DNA of 64,000 nucleotides from NCBI GenBank assembly GCA_030265395.1, contig JARFYF010000061.1, forward strand, positions 10,507,916-10,571,915, in the 5' to 3' direction. Below, one piece after another: positions 14,131 through 27,718 of the stretch. The notes under the pieces are model-generated. The model was not told where the DNA came from and made no database searches. It saw only the letters and a list, made by a program, of their open reading frames with translations. Made by a program: the position numbers and the translations under genes. Numbering within the stretch: position 1 is the stretch's first letter; each line of letters begins with the position of its first letter. Source of the DNA: Rhina ancylostomus. Lineage: Eukaryota.

Positions 14131-14971
14131 TGATAAATTTGAACAAAACTATAAGATATAACCAATTCATTTGAATTTCTTTGCAGTCATGCAACTGAAT
14201 TTTTTGCAGGGAGAAGCTGAAGGGAGATTGAGATTGGACTCAGTCAGAAATCAAGCCTTGATCCTTGAACCAAGATGTACCCATTCAGCCAGAGGAGCTA
14301 TCACAGAAAGAGTCACGTCACCAAAGCAATTCACATATCCAGGAACAGGAGTGAGTGTGACAATTCAGCAACTAAGGCAGCAAGTGCACCCTTACAGTTC
14401 ATTCCAGGGCCCAGGGTCATTTCTCATCACAACAAAGCAGACTTTACTGTAAAGTGACCATTTCAAATGTCAAGTTTTTGCTTGCTTCCAGAGGGGTTAA
14501 TCTGAGTCTCCATCACAGTATTACAAAAAGATGAGATTACTGAAGTAAATGGTTTAATAATGAAAGCTCCAGTGACCATATTTCAATCATCCCTTTGTTG
14601 ATGCTACATAGAGAGTAGTTTAAAGACATTAATATTTGTTCAAGCTGCTCTTAGACCCCTGAAAATGCCCAGCACCACTCTGTCACTCTTAGTCTTGAAC
14701 ACTTGCCAGGCATCCATTCAGATTTGTCTTGAATTACTATTTGTTCTAAGGTTTCCTTGCAGTTCATCTTGAACGTTCAACCATTTTGTGCAGCACAATG
14801 AAATTGGCACAGTCTCATCACCATCTCATAACTGAGTCAAGCACAGGCTGCATGAATCACCCCTAAATTAATTAATGAATCTTAAACATTCTTTCTTTCC
14901 ACACCCTTTCCTCATGGATCACTTTCCAGGATTCTCAAACAAAAACAATGTTAAACATTGTTCTGGTCACC

Positions 14972-15085
14972 AATGTTAAACATTCCCAGGTCAGATATAC
15001 TGTAACATGGGTTAAACTCAGATTAATGCTCCCTCTACATTGTCCCTTCAAAACCTTCCTGATTAAATGTAGCATTTTTAGATGC
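14972..15085 (-). repeat. About 1.5 degraded units of a ~66-bp elasmobranch repeat
   Basis: 'aaacattcccaggtcag..catgggttaaactcagattaatgctccctctacattgtccc' is the reverse complement of the unit seen at 40020-40125. Confidence 0.5.
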
Positions 15086-16599
15086 AGATAAAAGATTCCA
15101 ATACAAAATCTCAATCGTCTTATGAAAGAAGACCATCCTGGAACATTAACTGTTTCTCTTTCTCTGAAAGTGTTGCCAACTTGCTGAGATTTTTGAGTTT
15201 TAATGATTTAAATATAGAACCAATGCTGTCCTGCACTATTTTTCCATTTTGCAACCAACCTATCGATAAGTTACAAGAAAAGGGATTTGTTGATGAGGAA
15301 GGATATATGGCCCACCCCATTTTATTCATGATTTAAATGCATTCTCCAAATCTCAGTTCCTTCTGATTCACCCCCTTCTCTGATTCCACCCTCTACTCCT
15401 GCCCACACTTCTTAGAAACTGTATCTAAGCTGCTCTGCACTCATCCAACATCAGACTCCAGGAAGCAGCATTGAGAGAGTGCTCGTATCTCGTCAATCTG
15501 GATCAAAACTCAAGACACGGAGGTGAAAGGTTAGTGTACAACTCAGCTTTAATTATGTTAAAACCTAAAGCAAAGAGCTGAGGGTACTAAGCTAGAATTG
15601 GGATAATAAGCTGCACATTGAACATGCCTGCATCCTCTCGCAATCAGACCCACATATCACTAGATAATCTTCATTGAATCTAATATATGCGAAAGCTACT
15701 TGTGGCAAAGGAATCTGTCTCTTGGGCAGTGTGGGTCTGAGGATAGCGGCATTGATTATGTCACTGGAAAATGTCTTGTGCTTTCAGTTACTCTGCTACT
15801 TCTGCATAAAGGCAGGAGGTTGGAGGGGACCAAGAGAAAAATAGCCAAAACAGAAAGTATTTAAAATTGTTTCTCTTAAATTGAAAAACAATCCTGTCAG
15901 CACCAAAGCACCAAGAAATAAACTACGGTAGCAGAAAGTGTCGCCCATGGCCAATTGACATAACCCACTTAGAACTTGTCATCAATGCATTATAATGCAA
16001 TTTCCATATCACATTAATTATCCATTAGCCTCTGTTTATTAATGGGAATGGTGCAGTCAGGGAAAGAAAAAGAATCTGACAAATTTTGTTCTACAAATTT
16101 ACACATAATGGCTACATTGAAACTCAAGGGAAGGTAAAAGGAGTAGGAACAGGAATTATAGAACCATCCCCACCCCCACAAAAAAGTCAGTTTAAATTCT
16201 CTGGTTCACAATTTTACAACTATGCTGAACAGTTCACATGGGCTATCTCTCCCGACAAGAGCAAAGAAGCACTTACTCTGCAAGCATCCTTGTCCACAAC
16301 CATTTACTTACTTGCTCCATGTACCATTAAACACTCCTCTTTTTCCAAGTACCCATCTAGTTTCCTTTTGAAATAATTCATCAGATCTGCTTTAACAACT
16401 ATGGTAAAAAATCTCATGTTCAAACAGAAATTCTTTTTGACTTTTCCTTCTTTCTTTTTGCACATCTTATATAATGCTCCCTCTCTTCAGAGTCTTACAG
16501 CAATCTATCAGTAGTAACCTTGTCCTAACTCTCTATCATTCAACCTGCTTTTCAGGCCCAGGTCCCATGAAAAATAAACCTAATTTGTCATAAAACAGT

Positions 16600-16915
16600 G
16601 AAGGGTTTCAAAAGTATGAAGGATGTTTCAGTGTCTGTAACTAGGAACCACATAGGTCAATAATAAATCCAGTAAGGAATCAGAAAAAAAAAGTTTTATT
16701 CAGAGAATGGTGAAAATTTTGAAATTTCTACCACTTGCACTGTTTGACATGAATCACATAAATTCATTAAAGGGGAAGATACTTGGGGGAAGGAACAGGA
16801 GGTATTATATAGATGGGTACATGCAGTAGGTAGGCTCCGAGGCGGTTCATGGGGAGCATCCACCATTCAGACTGAGTGTCCTGTTTCACTGTCTGCTGTA
16901 TGTAAGTCTCTGTAA
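16600..16915 (+). mobile_element. CR1 LINE 3' fragment
   Basis: 'aataaatccagtaaggaatcagaaaa..ttttattcagagaatggtgaaaat..ctaccac...attaaaggggaagata' followed by a CR1-like 3' UTR. Confidence 0.6.
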
Positions 16916-16934
16916 TTGCAACTGATCAAGCTTG

Positions 16935-17320
16935 GTCATATAAAATCACTGAATGATGCAGAAGGAGGTCATTTGGCCCACTGTGCTTGAAAAAGAAAAC
17001 TCCAACTGTCCCATTCATCAATTCCTTATCCTTAGCCCCGTAATCCTCCTCAAGTACTGATGTAATTTCTAATCGGAAGTTTTAATAACTCTGCTACTGC
17101 TTCCCTTTCAATGCCATCACAACAACTTACTACTTAAACATTTCATCCTTGTGTTCCCTTTTGCTCTGTCACCAACTATTTTGGCTCTGAGTGCTCTGGT
17201 TACCATTCTTCTGCCACTGGAAGTGGTTCCTCCCTTATTTTTCCTGTCAAATCTCATTGTGTTTTTGAGTACGACAGTCAAATCTCCCCTTAACCTTCTC
17301 TGTTTAAGTGAACGTGTGCA
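16935..17320 (-). mobile_element. CR1 LINE ORF2 end plus 3' UTR
   Basis: ORF 17117..17398(-) contains SLKQRRLRGDLTVVLKNTMRFDR...VTRALRAKIVG, matching the CR1 motif SLE.RRLRGDLIEVFKIM.GFDR...TRGH..K..G. Confidence 0.78.
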
Positions 17321-17340
17321 TGAACTTAACCAGTTCAACC

Positions 17341-17502
17341 ACAACAACGTGCATTTATTTGGCCCTTGAACATAGTAAATCATCCCAAGGGGCATCATGA
17401 AAGTTCAATCAGACAAAAACTGAAACCAAGCGAAGGAACTAGATATTGGAATGTGTGATTTAAAGCTTGGTCAAAGAGGTATGTTTTAAAGAGCATCTTA
17501 AA
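17341..17502 (-). mobile_element. L2-type LINE 3' end
   Basis: 'acaacaacgtgcatttatttggcccttgaacatagtaaatcatcccaagg...aaagcttggtcaaagaggtatgttttaaagagcatcttaaag' matches the reverse complement of the shark L2 terminus. Confidence 0.65.
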
Positions 17503-19459
17503 GCCTATAATATCCAAAACCATACACAATACTCTGACTGCAGTCTTTGTTGAATTTACTTTCTTGCCTCTAGCTATAAGCCCAAGATTTCTATCTATGT
17601 TTAAATGGCCTTTTCTACTTGCCCTGCCATTTTAATGAGGGTGAGGAGGAGGAGTCTGGAAAGGGTGCCCTGTAGGTCAGTCATAGACCAGAAGAACTAT
17701 AATAGAAATACCAGAAATATATTTAGTGAAAGTGTGCAGTCCAACATATATGTCTGCCAATGGATAATGTGCATTAAAAACTCAGTGATATCAACAACTG
17801 ATCATTAAGTTAAAAATGAAAATGCAAAATCTGCATGTCTTAGAAATAGATTCTGCAGCCAGTCTGCACAGACTGGCTCCCAGTTTATCATTTCTCCCTC
17901 TGTTTGACATATGTGCTGTCAATCTGATGCCAGTACTGTCTGTCTGCCTGATAGAGGCCCTGCACTTGATTTTTCCCTGCGGCCCGCACAGCTCCTGCTG
18001 CAGAAAGCACAAGTTCAGTCTCCATCACATCAGGGACAAAGATTCTAGAATGGGAGCCCCTTGGAAATTATCCCGTCACGGCACTAGGCTGTGGCAGCAA
18101 GAATAAATCAAGCTTGTTTTGTTACTTGCACAACCTTTTGCTAATCACAGCTGGACTGTTTAAATATAGTGATGGTCTGCACCACACTATTGTCAATCAT
18201 CTCCCTGTCACTTTCACACTCACTCCCCTTTCAGCTCATTCTTCGTGTATCTTTCATGCTACTCCTTCCATTGATTCTTTGTCTGAATAGATTCTTCTGC
18301 CTCACTCTGACTCTCTAATTTTTTGGCAATAACCCTCTCCTTCAATCTACCTACCTCCGATCACTGGTTCATCGGTCGCTGTTTGTCACCCAAGTACTTG
18401 TGCCTTTCTCACTAACTTGCACTACCGTGGTATCTTTCCAGCTGTTTTGCTTTGTACCTTCCTCAACGTACAGCTTATTCTACTCCCTTTATGCAAAGTA
18501 CGCCGCTGTGCTGATCTAATTAGGCATTATGAGATACTATCATGGTGCATTTTATTCCCTTCCTAATTCAAGGATCTCAAAATTAAATAAAGCAACCTTC
18601 CTGCTGCCCTAAAAGAACTTAGGACCGATTAAGGCCAGTATCTAAATTCCTAGTTTACAAGGCTCAGTAACACAACTGCCAAGCTGCAGGAACAGCAGTT
18701 TCTATTTTAAAGATGTTTATCAAAAAGAATGATGCTGATAAGTTTGAAACAAATACAAGATTGCTGAAGAGGGCAAATAAAATCTTTCCGTCACTCTCGG
18801 ATGCCAGTCATGTTGTGCCCATCTGAATCTCACTTAGGGTATAACAAGTAGCAGATTAGTGCACACACAGGGCTTGGATGCCTGTCTGGAATATATTTGC
18901 TGCAGATTTGGTTCTAAACTGCCATATGGGACGTGGGAGAGTCTTTTTTAACTCTAAGCTGTCGTTGCAATAAATTAATTTGCTTTGTTCCTTGCTGCAT
19001 TTGGAATCAAACAAGCCATAAATTCAGAAAGGGCTTCAAATTTATTACTGGGTGAATAAATGGAGATTCTATCACTCTTTCTCACACATTCTCTTTCTTC
19101 ATCCATCTTGTTTGCTCATAGACCTGCTTTCTGTGACTATTTTATAAATTATACTGTTGCATCTCACAAAAGAACTTTCATAGAATTTTCATTTTTAGCA
19201 TTTCAAAGAAGTGTACAAAGAAGCAGCCAATGCTTCTTTTGTTAATGATGTTTTCAAATTTAAATATCAACACAAATCATGAAATGATAAAACACAATGT
19301 AACAAAACCCAGTGTTAAAAGTTACAAAGGAAAATGTGAAGATTTCACAAAGTTGCTCACTGCTGGAGTGGTTAATATCCAAGTATGTTACTACATATTT
19401 ATGCAGAGGGATGTATGGGGAAACACAGAGATGGAGGAATAAGCAGGCAGAGAACACAA

Positions 19460-19462
<3 letters not shown>

Positions 19463-19530
<68 letters not shown>

Positions 19531-19656
19531 NNNNNNNNNNNNNNNNNNNNNNNNNNNNNNNNNNNNNNNNNNNNNNNNNNNNNNNNNNNNNNNNNNNNNN
19601 NNNNNNNNNNNNNNNNNNNNNNNNNNNNNNAGGAATAAGCAGTCAGAGAACACAAA

Positions 19657-19710
<54 letters not shown>

Positions 19711-19791
19711 CAGAGATAAAATGAGAAGGTAAAGATATATAGAGAGAAAGGGACACACAGACATAGGCACTCACAGACAAATACACACTCA

Positions 19792-19845
<54 letters not shown>

Positions 19846-19854
19846 CACACACAC
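19463..19854. repeat. Cluster of three (CA)n microsatellites spanning a 100-N gap
   Basis: Visible CA runs at about 19463-19530, 19659-19706 and 19794-19854. Confidence 0.95.
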
Positions 19855-22299
19855 ATCTAGCTACTGTGCCAAAGACTCAGTCTCACATGCACATGCACAC
19901 ACATAAACTTGCATCGCCGAAGTAATTAACACAGGCGCATGCACACAGACAGACACCAAGATAGCTTCACCAAGGAACAAGGAAGCCCTTGTCTGTGCCA
20001 ACACTCGGTGCCTTTGTCACTGATGGGCATCTGTTTGTATTCGACCTCAGCCGTGGTCACAGCCGTTTCCCAGCTCCTTTTGACAATGCCAAAGCTGCCT
20101 CTCCAGACTACGAATGAGGATCCCAGTACAATGCAGCCATTGTCAGAATGAGGAGAAGGGAAGGGGTGGGATAATGATCTGGTCACAATAAACTGTTTAC
20201 TAACACAATTGCTACAGCTGCATGGTCCCCCTCTTGAAAGGTTGTTTGTGTTTTTTGTTCTTATCCTGTTTATTGCATGGGGAAAGATCAACATTTATTT
20301 AAGCTGGCTTTAGAGACTGGAGAGTCACTGTCTATTAAAAACTGTTGTGCTGTTTTATTGTCCAGTTACATGCGAAAGCCAAGTGGTCAAAAAGAGATAG
20401 ACATGGGGCTTTTTTTCTCTCTAATGAGCATAGAATTTAGCTCACTTTAGCTGCACTAAAACCTGAATACAACTAGCTCACAGGGAGGAGGAATAAGATT
20501 ATTTTTCTTAACAGTATCTGTAATTTAACTGTCCTGTGCAAGTTAACTGGTGAATGACTGCCTCTCTATAGCTGAATAACTACTCCGATCAATTAACTGT
20601 TCTACTTTCAGTTTTGCTCATTTCTATAGATGCTTCATCTCAGTTTTCTAACATAATTATGATCAACGATCTCTATTCTAAAAATTTAACCTGTCTCTTT
20701 CGATTCTAGATGCTTGTGCAACTGATTAGCTTCACGTTGAATTTTCTGTTTATGCCAGTAATAGTAGGTTTTGTCTTTAGTTTAACATTACCCTCTCCCC
20801 ATATGACTTGCTTGCTTATCGCAACATTAAAAGGTAAACTTGGAACAGTTAACAGGAATTTTTTTTGTATAAAATTTGCTAAACTTGCACAACCCAGGGT
20901 GTGGATACAAGAACAGACAGTCAAGCGAAAATGAGCATCTAACTTATTGGGCTCTGTTTATTAAATCATCATTTCTCTTGGGTACCAAATCCAGCTCTCT
21001 TTACATACGTCTTGATGCAAAATTAATTAAAGAAAAGTTTGACTTTTAGATGGTTGAATGCATTATTGATGAGTTTCTTGTTTTGGAAGAGAGAACCACA
21101 TGAAGACTAGGAAAATGTGCCAAAGTCCATCCTCTTCCGGAAACACAACTTGCAGCTCTCAGCTTATACAGAGGTCAAGCTCTGACACTCACCAAAGCCA
21201 AGATAAGTTGATCCAATATCTAACTACACCAGACAGACCCAAGAATCTTGGCACAAGTCCAGCCAGTTCTCAGGTAACTGGCCTTGCTGAGGGCAGCATT
21301 AGCAACAGTAGAATTGTCCCCTGCAATCTTGAACTTCATGAGGGAATGTAGGACAGATTGTAGCAACAACAAAATCAACCAACAATTCTTTTCCTGATCA
21401 TTAACTAAGGTTGTGCTGGAAAGTGGATTTCTACATACATTTAGTGATGATCTGCAGTGATGTTCTCACAGTCAAATAGCCTTGTGCACGAACAATGGAT
21501 ATCTGAAATGAGATAATGAAAGCAGCCCAGTCTAGCTAGGAAGAAGCAGAACTGACATTTATTTTCCTTAATTGTTTAGGTTGTCCTTTCAAATTAATTC
21601 TACAAATACACAGCGTGCCTTGTACATTTATGTTTACTTTTATAACGTAAAGAGTTGGCAACGCATTCTATACAAATTTTGCCATTAAAGTCATCTGAAA
21701 TGAAACTCAAGATTTTTGCTGGAATATTGTTGGATTCATTCCCATGCAGGACACACTTATAACCAGCTCACCAATCTCTCCAATACTTTAGATATCACTT
21801 TCCTCTGGTAGGGGCAGAGACCTACACAATTGACAGCTTGTAACTTGATACAGATCCTGCATTTACGATGCTCACATCATTTAGAACGATACATCAATTT
21901 CATGCATATTTTTCTATAAAATATTTTTTTGCCAAACAGATTTGCAAAGCGAGAAAACTTCTGCCTCTGTCTCTATAACTTTACTTGTTCACACTCTGTC
22001 ATGCATCTTTGAGCATAACCTTCTCTCTCCCCTTTGGTCTAAAGTTAGTATCATCAGGAAGTCATTACACAGGCAATAGTTGTGCTCAAGTTTCATGCTG
22101 CAGTGAATCTTCATAACCTAGGCTGCATGAATGTCTTATCCAGCCTTGAGCAGAATTTCCATTGCACACTCTTTCCAATACAAAGACTGTCTAATCTAAT
22201 CTCATTACATTACTGGCTTCTGTTCCTACCATAGCCCATTCTTGGCAAAAACTCTCATCCGTGAGTTTACTGTCTACAGATTCCATGTTTGTCTTCACT

Positions 22300-22665
22300 C
22301 TCCACAGAGTTCACTTAGAACTCTGCTGATTCTACCTATTCTGCTCACAGTTAGTCCTGACTCACCTGAACTATGTTGAGTCCCTATTCCCAGGATTTGC
22401 AATTTAAAATTCTCATCCTTATGTTTAAGATCCTTCATGATCTTGTTCTTCCAGAACAAGGAAAGCAACCCCTCACCCCCACCTAACAATTCTTGACTCA
22501 AGACCCTGGTTGCACCCACACCTTCCATTTGTTTATGTCTTCAGGTATCCAGGCCTCAAGCTGTGGAAACCTCTCAGGAAATCCTCCACCTTTCCATCTC
22601 ATTTTCCTCTTCCAAGACTCTCCTTGAAACATCCATGACTAAGCTTTTTGACTGTCATTCCTAAC
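22300..22665 (+). mobile_element. Degraded L2-type LINE 3' region
   Basis: 'atttaaaattctcatccttatgtttaagatccttcatgatcttg...ccaggcctcaagctgtggaaacctctc...aagactctccttgaaac...gactaagcttttt'. Confidence 0.6.
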
Positions 22666-23434
22666 ATGGTCCAGCAGAGACTTCTCCTGCACATCACCCC
22701 TCTCATATCTCCAAGGACAAAGGTACTGCCTGACATGAAGCACAAGTTTATGATAGGCTCCACCTCCATAAGGATGAAAACTCCTGTTAATTACAAGATG
22801 ATCCTTACATGAATGGATTCTGGCTGAGGGCAGGGGACTGATACCAGAGACTGTCTGCTGTAATCAAATGACCTAGTATGACCTTGTTTCAATCACTCAC
22901 TTTCCAGACCCAAATTGAGTAATGTATGAAGGCACCTGAAGTACCTCGCACCCCTGAGGAAAGTGGGTGAGTTGAGAATGGTGGTGGGAAGGTAGTTCCA
23001 TCAGTTTTTAAAAACAAGGTACAAAAAAATACTGTAAACTTATAAAATAACATTTGAAATGCAGCCTTTTTTACCTGGTCTCAACATTAAAAAAAAATTA
23101 GTGCTATCCTCCGGTAAATCCGAAATATTTTTCATTTTCTAATATCCCACAAGGTTTGCTTTTTAAAGTAATGGGGAGGAAATGTATTAACACTGAATGG
23201 GTGCAATGGAATTGACTGCAGTTGTAAAGATCAGTTTCATCAAAGTCAGTGAACAAAATCTGGGGAGGAGCATTAAATGAAGAGCCATAATGTTTCAACA
23301 CAAGCAACCAAATACAAATTCCTATCCCAGTATTTATTTTTATTGAAGCATAGTTTTACCTCATGAGAAGAGAGATCGAGACATACAGAGGAGAAAGCAA
23401 AGAAGAGGCTGTACTTTTGAACCTTTGATTCTGC

Positions 23435-24038
23435 AGGCATTGGGTTCAAGCCTCACTCCAATTACTTCAGCACAAACACCGGGGCTAACATTCCAGTGCA
23501 GTAATGAGCTGTTCTTGTTTCAGACATATCCCAAATGTGCTGGGCAGAATAAGCTTCACTAAAAAAACAAATATTCTCTCTTTATTATATATAGACAGCT
23601 GGTGTCTAATACTAGAGGGCATGCATTTAAGGTGAGGGGGGAAAGTTCAAAGGAGATGTGCAGGGCAGATTTTTTTTTACACAGAGCGGTGGGTGCCTGG
23701 AGTGCATTGCCAGGGATGGTGGTGGGGGCAGATGTGATAGAGATGTTTAAGAGGCTCATGAATTTGTAGTGAATGGAGGCATGTGGACCATGTGCAGGCA
23801 GAAGTGATTAAGTGTCATTAGCTTAATTAGTCCAGCACAACACTGTGGGCTGAAGGGCCTGTTCCTGTGCCCTTGTTCTCTCTTCTGAGTATAGTTTGTG
23901 GGAGACTGCTGTGTGTAAGTTGACCACCAGGTTTCCTATATTGGAATAAATGGACTTCAGAAATGTTTCATTGACCGCAAAGAATTATGGGATGCCCAGT
24001 TGTCATGAAAGGTGCTAAACAAATGCAAGTCTTCTTTT
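23435..24038 (+). mobile_element. Deu-SINE interrupted by a CR1 fragment
   Basis: Head 'gggttcaagcctcactcca..cagcacaaacaccggggctaacattccagtgcagtaatgag' (about 23440-23510) and tail 'gtttgtgggagactgctgtgtgtaagttg...catgaaaggtgctaaacaaatgcaagtcttctttt' (about 23890-24038). Confidence 0.7.
23603..23878 (+). mobile_element. Younger CR1 3' fragment
   Basis: 'tgtctaatactagagggcatgcatttaaggtgagggggg aaagttcaaaggagatgtg...gtgggctgaagggcctgttcctgtgc'; same subfamily as 30825-31132. Confidence 0.85.
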
Positions 24039-27000
24039 ACCAAATAATAACCCATCAGCTGATCCAGAGGCTGAGTGCTGTGATCCCCTCCAAGACTGAG
24101 TAACTTGAAGAGGATGAACATCTAAACAGAACTGAGGTTGTGAAAGGGCAGCTGCCAGCTGTGAATTGTAGCCTGGCAGAAGCAAACGCCTTCAGGGGAG
24201 GTGGGGACCACTGGGGTAGAGAGGGCAGTCAGGGAGGAAATAATAGATGCCATAAAGAAATACTATAGTAATGTAAAAAGGCCAGAAAACACCCTTATCC
24301 CAGGGAAAATAATAAAGCACGACGATCTTGGCGCATTATTAATCCAAGTGCATAAATGCAGCTGCAGCGCTGACTGGGTGAGCATTAATCTGTTGCTATG
24401 CAACCAGCTATAAAAGAAATCCAGTCCAGCATAGAAGGAGTTAACTATGCAGATCAACGCTCAGTGACGGCCTTGTTAGCCATCTTGATTTTTGTTAAAT
24501 CACTCCTGCAGGGTTACAAACAGTAAGCCTTGGCATTGCACTGTGCAGAGGATCAGATGCCCATCAGGGGCTCGCACTTCTTTTTGCCTCTGTAAAAATG
24601 TATGATGCCTTAAATCATTTAGCAAAAGATAAATAGAAACCATGAATATTTCAGGATATTTAAATAATAAAGTGATTAAATGACAGAAATATTCCAAACA
24701 CCTCCCAATTCAGATTTCTACCCACCATCCCCCCGTTCCACTGTAAATAGAGCAATGTTATAAATGGTCAATTGTAAACTAGAGATCTGAACGTATTTTT
24801 ACATATCATCTCAAGATATGGCTCCAGCATGAAATAAAAAAAATAATCAGATTATATTATTCTAGCTCAAATTTAAAAAGCTTTTCGAAAAAATTTTATT
24901 TTTGCATCATGAAATGGTTTTTGTGTTGCAAACAAAGCAGGGGTAGCTTGAAAGTAGTGTAGAAGAAGCTAGCAGGGTTCACATCCAACAAATGAAGTGC
25001 ATAAAATATGGGCGATATTTACTGCAGAAATATTCTCAATGTCAAATGACACTGTGAATTAGTTACTATAGAGTGATTATTCAAATCAGTGACTGTGAAT
25101 TAATTACCATGGGGATATTATTCTGCTTTTTTGCAGGTGAATAGGGCTGTTTGTTATTTCTTAATTTTGAAATTGTTTTACCATTGTATTTTCTCTTAGC
25201 TTTGCTTCCACAGTTAAAGCTTTTTTATAATTAGTGAATCTGGATCCTGGAGTAAAATTGACCAAGCTATTTGAAGGTACAAGTCTTTTAATTGTGGTTT
25301 AACAAAGATAAATACAGACCCAACCCACACAGAATTCAAACCCATGCATCATTCCAAATTACCACATGACATTACACTCATCCTCTGTAATGTAACATTC
25401 CTAATGTAGGTGCAACCCCAAAATGAGGAATTTTCATCTAGCAATAATATATTTCCTAAATTTCCTAAAACGCTTTCTCCATCTCAACTATTGACTAGTT
25501 CAGTCTGTAATTATACATAAAGCCAACAAAATGTGATGTGCAGTTTTTTATTGCACTCTGTTGTAAAGGATTATTTGTCATTGTTCTTTTTATATAAAGT
25601 GTACACTGTCAGAGCTTCCTTTGAATGAGAGGTGCAGTTATATTTCTGTGGAAAGCCCAGTCTGCAAGGAAATTTGAATACAGTATTCACATCTCTTAGC
25701 CAGACTGAGTGTGCATTTTAATTGCAATTTAATCCCAGTTTTCATCCATCACTAATGCTCAGAATATCACATGGTGAAAACAGCTTCAATCAAAACAAAT
25801 CTCTCTGAAAAGGCACAGAATAATACACGCTCTTCCTTGGTATCCTTGCAAAGGTTCTTTGAGGGACTAGTAAAGTATCCAAAATATTGGAGATTAGAAA
25901 TAAATAGATGCCACAAAGCTGGACTGCTTCACAACATTCTCCATCAATCCTTCCCCGTCCTTCCTGAAATGCATTTCTGGAATCACTCGTACAAAGATTA
26001 CCTCATTAACCTATTTTTAAAAAGCACAAGACAATGACAATGTTTTGAAAATTCGTCTGAGAAAAATTCCTCAGCAGATGTTATAAAAATAAACCTGAGG
26101 ATGTGTTTTGATTGTGTATTCAGAATGCTTCATTTCCTTTGCCATATTTATATGTACTCATCATTCTGTCACACAGCATGCAGCATCAGACATGTTACAA
26201 AGGGATGAATTGACCACAATCACATGCCATCATCTCAAAGGAGTCTAAATTTCAGCAATGTTTGCTGATTTAAACTGAAAAAAGTACACCTCAGTTAAAC
26301 ACTAAATGCAAAGCCAAACGAGGTCATTTAACAAAAGACTTGGGTGCACAAATGTGGCTTCTCTAGTAGTCAGCTCACCATTGCAAAGAACTTACTTTAG
26401 CCATGAAAGTGCCTGAAAATACTGTGCAATGGACAAGTATCTTGTACGGTGATAGGGTTGGGTCAGTGAATCACGAGAATCGTAACCACACCTTGCTCTA
26501 AGCTGTGATAGCTATAAATGTGGTGCCTTGTGCTGCTCAGATATGCATACTTCATCTGCAAAATTCTTACATCAAGAGAGACACACACACGTGGGCAGAG
26601 AGACATGCAAAGACATTACTATGTTAAAAGAAATAATCTTCAGCTTTTTAAACCGTATAAATGTTCCAGCCTCATGCTTTTAGTTAATTAGTTCTAAATA
26701 TAGAAACCAAGGGGCTGATGGGGAGATCATTTTCTACAGCAAAATATCTTTAGATTTATTTTACTTCTGTGAGGAAAAATAATGAAGGAGCTTCATTAAC
26801 ACATCCACTGAAACAGTTAAAAAAATCAAATGTTGGTGGATGGGATGGGGTGTTGGGGAAAGTCTTGGAGTAGTTGCATAATAGTTATAACAGACTATGA
26901 AAAGCACAGAGTCAGCAGGAGCATCAGCTGCTTTAAAACTAACAGTTTCAGCAAGCAATTAAGAATAATTATTCCTAATGATTACAGGGAATCGAATGGG

Positions 27001-27688
27001 AAGGTGATTTCCACTGCCCTTGTGTTCAGACCAACAGGATGCAAACCCCCGGCTTAAACAACAAAAATGTACACCTCAATTTCCTTGATTCAAGGCCTTT
27101 CTCTGTGACGCTACATTCCAGGGACATACGTTGTGGATTTAAGTGGACAAAAAGGGATTTTAAAAAAAGAAAAACATTTCTTTCCAAAAGACATATGAAT
27201 TAAGTTACAATACCCATCCTGGGATAAAACAAACTACATTTACTTACTTTTGCAAATATCCTTCTGGTTTTTAATCCAGAGAATTACTTTTAATTTTTTT
27301 AAATCACGAATTGTTTACCTTAAAGATTATTTGGGCCACTCTTTATTTTAAAATATTTCTGTCTCATATTACTTACACCTTCATTGGTTAGGTTGCCAAA
27401 TGTAGAAGATAAAAAGGAAATTACTAGCTTTTATGGTTTTTTAAAAAAATAAATGTTTTATATTATTTTCAAAATTAAATTTTAAAATAATTTCAGAATG
27501 GTGTAATGTTAAAAATCATATTTGCCTAGTGCATATGAAAAGGGTGACAAAGGGGCTGCTGTTGTTTTAATTGTTTGTGCACAATCTGCTTGCCAGCGGC
27601 TCCAAGCTCTCACTCCATGTAATTATGTTAATGTACAGCAGCTTGTCAGGATTCTGTTCATTAGAAGCAGTTGTTTCATTGCTTATAT

Positions 27689-27718
27689 TTCTCTCTCTCT
27701 CTCTCCCTCTCTCTCTCT
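27689..27718. repeat. (CT)n microsatellite
   Basis: Direct inspection. Confidence 0.9.

Noticed and set aside
19260-19856. Long ORFs of VCVC/HTHT type (also 55556-56072)
   Set aside because: Translations of CA microsatellites and N gaps.
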